Below, piece by piece: positions 58,067 to 64,000 of a stretch of DNA of 64,000 nucleotides (its first letter is position 1; every line of letters starts with the position of its first letter). Made by a program: the position numbers and the translations under genes. The stretch comes from Spirochaetota bacterium (lineage in GTDB: Bacteria > Spirochaetota > UBA6919 > CBDBPB01), in contig CBDBPB010000007.1 in assembly GCA_965208615.1 (NCBI GenBank), positions 320,001-384,000 on the forward strand. The letters are read 5' to 3'. The notes beneath the pieces were generated by a model. That model worked only from the letters and a program-made list of their open reading frames with translations, was not told where the DNA came from and did no database searches.

Positions 58067-60319
58067 TTATTTTGCCTTTCTTAAATAGTTTAACGCAGAA
58101 CCTGATTTAAACCAATCAATTTGTGTATTATTTAAAGTATGATTAACAATTATTTTGTCAATAGAGCTATCTTCATGTTTTAGCTCTAAGGTAAGGGGAT
58201 TATTTGGAGAAATATCTTTAATATTTAGGATGCTTATTCTGTCTTTTTCTTGGAACTTATCATAATCACCTTTATCACTAAGCCACAAAGGCAGTATACC
58301 TTGTTTTTTTAAGTTAGCCTCTGCAATTCTTGCGAAACTTCTTGCTATAATGCCACGACCATATAAATGACGAGGCTCCATAGCGGCATGTTCTCTACTA
58401 GAGCCTTCACCGTAGTTTTCATCGGCTATAACAACCCATCCCAGCCCTTTGGATTTATAGTCTCTTGCTACCTCATTAACAGGCTTATTGGTATTTCCAG
58501 TTATTACGTTATTAGCGAGTCCAGGCTCTTTAGTATAAATATTCACCGCACCACTATACATATTATTACTAATATTATCAAGGTGGCCCCTAAACTTTAA
58601 CCATTGTCCAGCAGGGGATACATGGTCAGTGGTACACTTACCCTCAGACTTTAACAAAATAGGCATATTATTAAAATCCTTATCAAAATTAGGCTTTGTA
58701 AAAGGCTCTAACAAAGCTAATCGCTCACTTTTAGGATCAACTATAACTTGACCAGAGCCATCAGGCAATATATATCCACTATCTTTTGATATAAATCCTT
58801 GTGAAGGCAGTTCTTTTCCAACAGGAGGATTAAACTTAACATTTTTTCCATTAGCTTTAACAGAGTCGGTAATAGGATTAAACTTCATGCTTCCAGCGAA
58901 TGACATTGCCACAATTAGCTCAGGACTAGCAATAAATCCATTGGTATATGGACTTGCATCATTTCTTTTTTTAAAGTTTCTATTGAAAGATGTCATTATA
59001 TTATTAGGATGATCTTTATCTTTCTCATCTCTTATCCACTGACCAATACAAGGTCCACAAGCATTGGCAAGTACCTTAGCACCAACTTTTTCGAAGTCAG
59101 CTAATATACCATCCCTTTTTATAGTCTCGTGAATACGCTCAGAACCAGGGGAGACTAAAAAGTCAGTTTTCATTTTAAGGTTGTTATCCACACCCTGTTT
59201 AATAATATTTACTGCTCTTGATAAGTCTTCATAACTAGAGTTAGTACAACTACCTATTAGTCCAGCACTAAGCTCTTTAGGCCAATTATTTTTATCTACA
59301 TCCTCAGCCAATTTACTGATAGAGCGGACTAAGTCAGGTGTATGGGGTCCAGCTATTTGTGGTTCAAGGTTTGATAAGTCAATTTCGTGTATTTCATCAT
59401 AATATTTATCTGGGTTATTCTCAACATCAGGATCAGACTTAAGATATTGGGCATACTCATCACATAGTTTGGCAATTTCTTTTCTATCGGTAACATTAAG
59501 ATAGCGTGCCATAGAGTCATCGTATCCAAATACAGAAGTAGTAGCTCCAACTTCAGCACCCATATTAGTAATAGTAGCTTTACCAGTACAGCTAATAGAT
59601 CTAGCTCCCTCACCAAAATATTCAACAACTTTACCAGTTCCACCTTTTACAGTCATAATTTGTGCAACTTTCAGAATTATGTCTTTTGGAGATGTCCATC
59701 CAGATAGTTTACCCTTTAATTTAATGCCAACAAGCTTTGGCATACGCAAACCAAAAGGAAATCCAGTCATAACATCCACTGCATCAGCTCCACCAACGCC
59801 AATAGCAATCATACTAAGTCCCCCAGCATTAGGTGTATGAGAGTCAGTACCGATCATCATCATACCAGGAGTGGCATAGTTCTCTAATACTACCTGATGA
59901 ATAATACCGGATCCAGGTTTCCAAAAGCCAATGCCATATTTATTTGATACAGATTTTAAAAACTCATATACTTCTTTATTAAGTTCGATTGCTGCATTAA
60001 GGTCTTTATCAGCCCCCACTTTTGCGGCAATTAGATGATCACAATGTACAGTGGATGGTACAGCGGTAGATCTCATATCAGCTACCATAAACTGTAAAAG
60101 TGCCATTTGTGCTGTAGCATCCTGCATAGCAACACGGTCTGGTTTTAAAGACAAATCTGCCTTTCCTCTTTCAATATTGGCATTTTCATAGTTATCCAAA
60201 TGAGAAAATAGTATTTTTTCAACAAGGGTTAAATCTCTACCCAGTCGTTTTCTCATGGCCTTATGTATAGCTGGCAGTTTTTCATAAAAAGTTTTTACTT
60301 GGCTTATATCTAAAAGCAT
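58067..60319 (-). CDS. aconitate hydratase (mitochondrial-like AcnA type)
   Basis: DRVAMQDATAQMA, HCDHLI, GTDSHT, IGSCTNSSYED, ACGPCIG, CTTDH, GSSREHAA. Confidence 0.96.
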   Translation of the reverse strand: MLLDISQVKTFYEKLPAIHKAMRKRLGRDLTLVEKILFSHLDNYENANIERGKADLSLKPDRVAMQDATAQMALLQFMVADMRSTAVPSTVHCDHLIAAKVGADKDLNAAIELNKEVYEFLKSVSNKYGIGFWKPGSGIIHQVVLENYATPGMMMIGTDSHTPNAGGLSMIAIGVGGADAVDVMTGFPFGLRMPKLVGIKLKGKLSGWTSPKDIILKVAQIMTVKGGTGKVVEYFGEGARSISCTGKATITNMGAEVGATTSVFGYDDSMARYLNVTDRKEIAKLCDEYAQYLKSDPDVENNPDKYYDEIHEIDLSNLEPQIAGPHTPDLVRSISKLAEDVDKNNWPKELSAGLIGSCTNSSYEDLSRAVNIIKQGVDNNLKMKTDFLVSPGSERIHETIKRDGILADFEKVGAKVLANACGPCIGQWIRDEKDKDHPNNIMTSFNRNFKKRNDASPYTNGFIASPELIVAMSFAGSMKFNPITDSVKANGKNVKFNPPVGKELPSQGFISKDSGYILPDGSGQVIVDPKSERLALLEPFTKPNFDKDFNNMPILLKSEGKCTTDHVSPAGQWLKFRGHLDNISNNMYSGAVNIYTKEPGLANNVITGNTNKPVNEVARDYKSKGLGWVVIADENYGEGSSREHAAMEPRHLYGRGIIARSFARIAEANLKKQGILPLWLSDKGDYDKFQEKDRISILNIKDISPNNPLTLELKHEDSSIDKIIVNHTLNNTQIDWFKSGSALNYLRKAK

Positions 60320-60761
60320 AAGTATTTTCTCCTAATTATATGGTTTATTGGTATTTATACTTATAAAATGTCTATATTAATTTATACTATACATTATACA
60401 GTCGAGGTCTTTTTTATCTTTGATTTTAGGGTCAATAACATTGATCCTTTGACTATAGCATAAGCAAATTGTATTTTCATAGCTTTAAAATAATATGTTT
60501 GCTTACAATAAGATTATTAATTGGTTAAATATACTATTTATGGGAAAATAAATCAAATATTTTTATATACTAATGAATTTAAAATAGATATATGATTTTT
60601 TTTGTTAAAAAGCTTTGTTATTGGGCGTTTTATTAGCGAATATAATAAAAAGCAATCATTTTTATTCTTTTCCTATAAAACGATTGAAAATGTAATATAA
60701 TTTTACTAACTTTAAATTAATATTTGTTTTTATAGCCTTATGGAGAACTATTATTAATAAT

Positions 60762-61778
60762 ATGCTTAATAAACAACAATCTTCGGATAAGCATCTTTTA
60801 AGAGTAAATAACCTAAAAACATATTTCAATACTGACGAGGGCATAGTTAAAGCTGTGGATGGTATTTCTTTCCATTTGGATAAAGGGGAGACCATTGCAA
60901 TAGTGGGGGAGAGTGGGTGTGGTAAAAGTGTTACGTCCTTATCTATTCTTAGGCTAATACCATCTCCACCTGGTAATATTGATAGTAATAGTCAGATTAT
61001 ATTTAAGAATAAGGATCTATTAACATTAAGGCTCAAAGAGATTCGGGATATTAGGGGTAATGATATATCCATGATATTCCAAGAGCCTATGACATCATTA
61101 AACCCTGTATATACTATAGGGAACCAGATGTCAGAGGTTTTTATAGCCCATAAAAATATGAATAAGAAGGATGCCCTTAATGCCAGTATAGAAATGTTAA
61201 AAATGGTATCTATTCCATCTCCAGAAGAAAGAGTAAGAGCATATCCCCATGAGCTTAGTGGTGGGATGAGGCAAAGGGTTATGATAGCTATGGCTCTATC
61301 TTGCGATCCTAGTTTGCTTATTGCTGATGAACCTACTACTGCACTTGATGTTACCATACAAGCTCAAATACTCAAACTTATGGAGGACTTAAAACAGCGT
61401 ATAAATAGTTCTGTTATTCTTATAACGCATAATTTGGGTATTGTGGCTGAGATTAGTGATAGGGTTATAGTCATGTATAGTGGGCGGATTGTTGAACATG
61501 GTACAACTTGGGATATATTTAAAAACCCTGTACATCCCTATACAAAAGGATTATTGAGGTCTGTACCTATCTTAGGCAGGAGGGGACAAGAACTTAAAGA
61601 GATTCCTGGTAATGTTCCTAAGCCTACAGAGTTATTTTCTGGTTGTAAGTTTGCCAGTCGTTGTTCTTATAAGCTGGATGACTGCGAAAATGAACCACCT
61701 CTTTATTTAGTAGATAAAGGGCATTATGCTAGGTGTGTTTTAGTTGAAAACAGTGTAAGCGAGGTATGTATTGACTAG
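60762..61778 (+). CDS. oligopeptide/dipeptide ABC transporter ATPase (OppD/DppD-like)
   Basis: GESGCGKS, IFQEPMTSLNP, YPHELSGGMRQR, DEPTTALD, HPYTKGLL, C-terminal Cys motif. Confidence 0.93.
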   Translation: MLNKQQSSDKHLLRVNNLKTYFNTDEGIVKAVDGISFHLDKGETIAIVGESGCGKSVTSLSILRLIPSPPGNIDSNSQIIFKNKDLLTLRLKEIRDIRGNDISMIFQEPMTSLNPVYTIGNQMSEVFIAHKNMNKKDALNASIEMLKMVSIPSPEERVRAYPHELSGGMRQRVMIAMALSCDPSLLIADEPTTALDVTIQAQILKLMEDLKQRINSSVILITHNLGIVAEISDRVIVMYSGRIVEHGTTWDIFKNPVHPYTKGLLRSVPILGRRGQELKEIPGNVPKPTELFSGCKFASRCSYKLDDCENEPPLYLVDKGHYARCVLVENSVSEVCID

Positions 61779-62742
61779 TCCAATTCTTAAGGTTGATAAT
61801 CTTAAAGTATACTTTCCAATTAAAAGGGGTTTTTTTAAGCAAAAGACAAAATATGTTAAGGCTGTGGATGACGTTTCTTTTGTTATATACCCTGGTGAGT
61901 CTGTTGGTCTAGTTGGAGAGAGTGGGTCTGGTAAAACGACTATTGCAAGGGCAATACTCCACTTAGCACCCTATAGTGATGGGCTAATAAACTTTTTGGA
62001 TAAAGATATACTTTTGTTAAAAGGTGATGAGCTTAAAGCTATTAGAAAAGAACTTCAGATAATCTTTCAGGATCCATTTTCGTCATTAAACCCTAGAATG
62101 ACTGTGGGTAATATTATAGAAGAGGGATTGCACGTTCATGGAATAGCTAATAAAAGAAAAAGGCGTAAATTAGTTATTGATATTATGGAGAGAGTGGGTA
62201 TAAATAAAGATTTTTATGATCGTTATCCTCACGAGTTTAGTGGTGGTCAAAGGCAGCGTATTGGTATTGCAAGGGCATTAGTTTTAAATCCCAAGTTAGT
62301 TATATGTGATGAGCCTGTATCTGCATTGGATGTGTCTATACAGGTTCAAGTTTTAAAGCTTATGCAGGAGTTGCAAAGAGATTTTAATCTTACATATTTA
62401 TTTATTGCCCATGATTTAGCTGTGGTGGACTATTTTTGCAATCGTATAATTATAATATACCTTGGTAAGATTATGGAGATTGCTGATAGAGATATTATTG
62501 CTAATAACCCTATTCATCCATATACAAAAGCACTTATTTCTGCAATACCTTATCCTGATCCAGAATATAAAAAGAATGAGACTTTATTGAAAGATGATAT
62601 TCCAAGCCCTCTTAATCCCCCACCTGGATGTGTGTTTCATACAAGGTGTCCTGAGGTAATAGAGGAGTGTAAAATTAAAACTCCTAAGTTAAAAGAACTA
62701 AGCTCGGGTCATTATTGTGCTTGTCTACTTACTGATAAGTGA
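61771..62742 (+). CDS. oligopeptide/dipeptide ABC transporter ATPase (OppF/DppF-like)
   Basis: KAVDDVSF, GESGSGKT, QIIFQDPFSSLNPR, YPHEFSGGQRQR, GCVFHTRCP. Confidence 0.93.
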   Translation: MTSPILKVDNLKVYFPIKRGFFKQKTKYVKAVDDVSFVIYPGESVGLVGESGSGKTTIARAILHLAPYSDGLINFLDKDILLLKGDELKAIRKELQIIFQDPFSSLNPRMTVGNIIEEGLHVHGIANKRKRRKLVIDIMERVGINKDFYDRYPHEFSGGQRQRIGIARALVLNPKLVICDEPVSALDVSIQVQVLKLMQELQRDFNLTYLFIAHDLAVVDYFCNRIIIIYLGKIMEIADRDIIANNPIHPYTKALISAIPYPDPEYKKNETLLKDDIPSPLNPPPGCVFHTRCPEVIEECKIKTPKLKELSSGHYCACLLTDK

Positions 62743-62936
62743 TAATAACGTAATAATCAAACATAACATTAAAAAATATTAATTTTATGCTTTACTTTTT
62801 ATAAAAGTACTATTATTATAATATAGACTAAAATGATCTATTAAATCTACTATAAGATTATTAAATTAGTATTATCTATTATAACAGGATAATTTTATTT
62901 TAGCCTATAAGTTAAAACAAAGCAAAAGGAGTCACC

Positions 62937-64000
62937 ATGCTAAAACAATATAATTTGCCGGATAACTTAAAAAGTGAAATTAATGAGCTTTCTAAAATCA
63001 TTAACGACTTTAAAAATGGAAAGATAGCACACGCAAGCTTTAAAACAAAAAGAGTGACTTTTGGCGTTTATGAACAGAGAGAACCTAATACCTATATGAT
63101 TAGAATACGCCTTCCTGGTGGAGTTATTGATCCTGAGCAGTTATCTGGTATAGCCAGTATATCCAAGAGATTTGGTGCTAATAACATTGCTCTTACAACA
63201 AGACAGGCTATACAGATTCATAATTTTAAACTGGATGATCTTATTAACATTGTTGAAGAGCTTTATAATTTATCACTATCAAGTAGAGGTGGTGGCGGGA
63301 ATACTGTTAGGAATATTATTTTCCCTGCTGATAGTGGCGTAGACCCTGATGAGCTCTTTGATGTAACACCTTATGGATTAGCATTAACATCAAGACTAAT
63401 TGCAGAGCCTGACTCTTGGAAGTTGCCAAGAAAGTTTAAAATAGCTTTTAGTGGTAATCCTAAAAAGGGCTATGCTCAAATGGCAGATATTGGATATGTT
63501 GCCAAAATAAAGGATAATATAAAGGGTTTTAGGGTATTTGTTGGGGGATCACTTGGTGCACAGTCTGCTTTGTCTAAGTTACTATTTGACTTTGTACCAG
63601 CGAATGACGTTTATTATATTGCAAAAGCCCTAAAGAACGTCTTTTACAAGTGGGGTAACAGGAAGAATAAGTATAAGGCAAGGTTAAAGTTTCTTATTAA
63701 CAAAATTGGCTGGACTGACTTTTCTGATAAGGTAACGGATGAGCTTAATAAGGTTCGTTTAGAACATAAGCATCTTGATTTGCCAAAGCTTAGTTATACT
63801 AAGCTTAAAAATAATAGCCCTCTAACTAATAAAAATGATAATAAATATGAAGAATGGCTAAATAGTTATACCGTTAGAATAAAAAAGGACTATTATAATG
63901 TTCAGATTCCTATATATTTGGGTTTACTTAACACTAACCTTGCCATAAAGTTAGGGGATTACTTAAAAAACCTATCAGAGGATGTTTTAAGAATTGATGA
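62937..64000 (+). CDS. nitrite/sulfite reductase (siroheme, 4Fe-4S family), truncated by the window end
   Basis: AAGGAG RBS, ATG 62937; manual translation gives FGVYEQR, YMIRIRLPGG, LTTRQAIQIH, GGGNTVRNI, LPRKFKIAFSG, GGSLG, KARLKFL; absent from the ORF track because no stop lies in the window. Confidence 0.9.
   Translation, partial: MLKQYNLPDNLKSEINELSKIINDFKNGKIAHASFKTKRVTFGVYEQREPNTYMIRIRLPGGVIDPEQLSGIASISKRFGANNIALTTRQAIQIHNFKLDDLINIVEELYNLSLSSRGGGGNTVRNIIFPADSGVDPDELFDVTPYGLALTSRLIAEPDSWKLPRKFKIAFSGNPKKGYAQMADIGYVAKIKDNIKGFRVFVGGSLGAQSALSKLLFDFVPANDVYYIAKALKNVFYKWGNRKNKYKARLKFLINKIGWTDFSDKVTDELNKVRLEHKHLDLPKLSYTKLKNNSPLTNKNDNKYEEWLNSYTVRIKKDYYNVQIPIYLGLLNTNLAIKLGDYLKNLSEDVLRID

Noticed and set aside
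1-64000. tRNA, rRNA or intact IS elements
   Set aside because: No GC-rich cloverleaf or rRNA-like stretch in the intergenic regions and no transposase ORF recognised by eye

Overview
AT-rich (roughly 30% GC by eye) bacterial chromosomal segment with about 55 mostly housekeeping genes. A FlaA flagellar sheath protein, FlgM with a sigma28 promoter and a PilZ/DUF1577-like protein point to a spirochaete (inference). Recognisable genes include hemE, psd, speD, a pyruvoyl arginine decarboxylase, speE, panD, flaA, uvrA, dprA, gcvT, larC, larB, flgM, rsmI, trpD, murI, thiE, gatA, hypE, ald, feoAB, recG, floA, aconitase, oligopeptide ABC ATPases and a nitrite/sulfite reductase cut by the window end. 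I saw no rRNA, tRNA, CRISPR array or intact transposase. Three regions stand out. (1) 42.4-46.6 kb: a tandem cassette array in which a conserved leader/RBS drives hypervariable, microsatellite-built glycine-zipper membrane proteins, with an optional conserved C-terminal domain and a conserved overlapping 33-34 aa tail ORF. (2) 13.87-15.10 kb: an apparently non-coding array of about 4.7 copies of a 263-bp unit with one recurrently variable triplet. (3) 10.3-13.7 kb: four unrelated pyruvoyl-dependent decarboxylases within 3.5 kb. All family calls come from motif recognition by eye, not from database searches.
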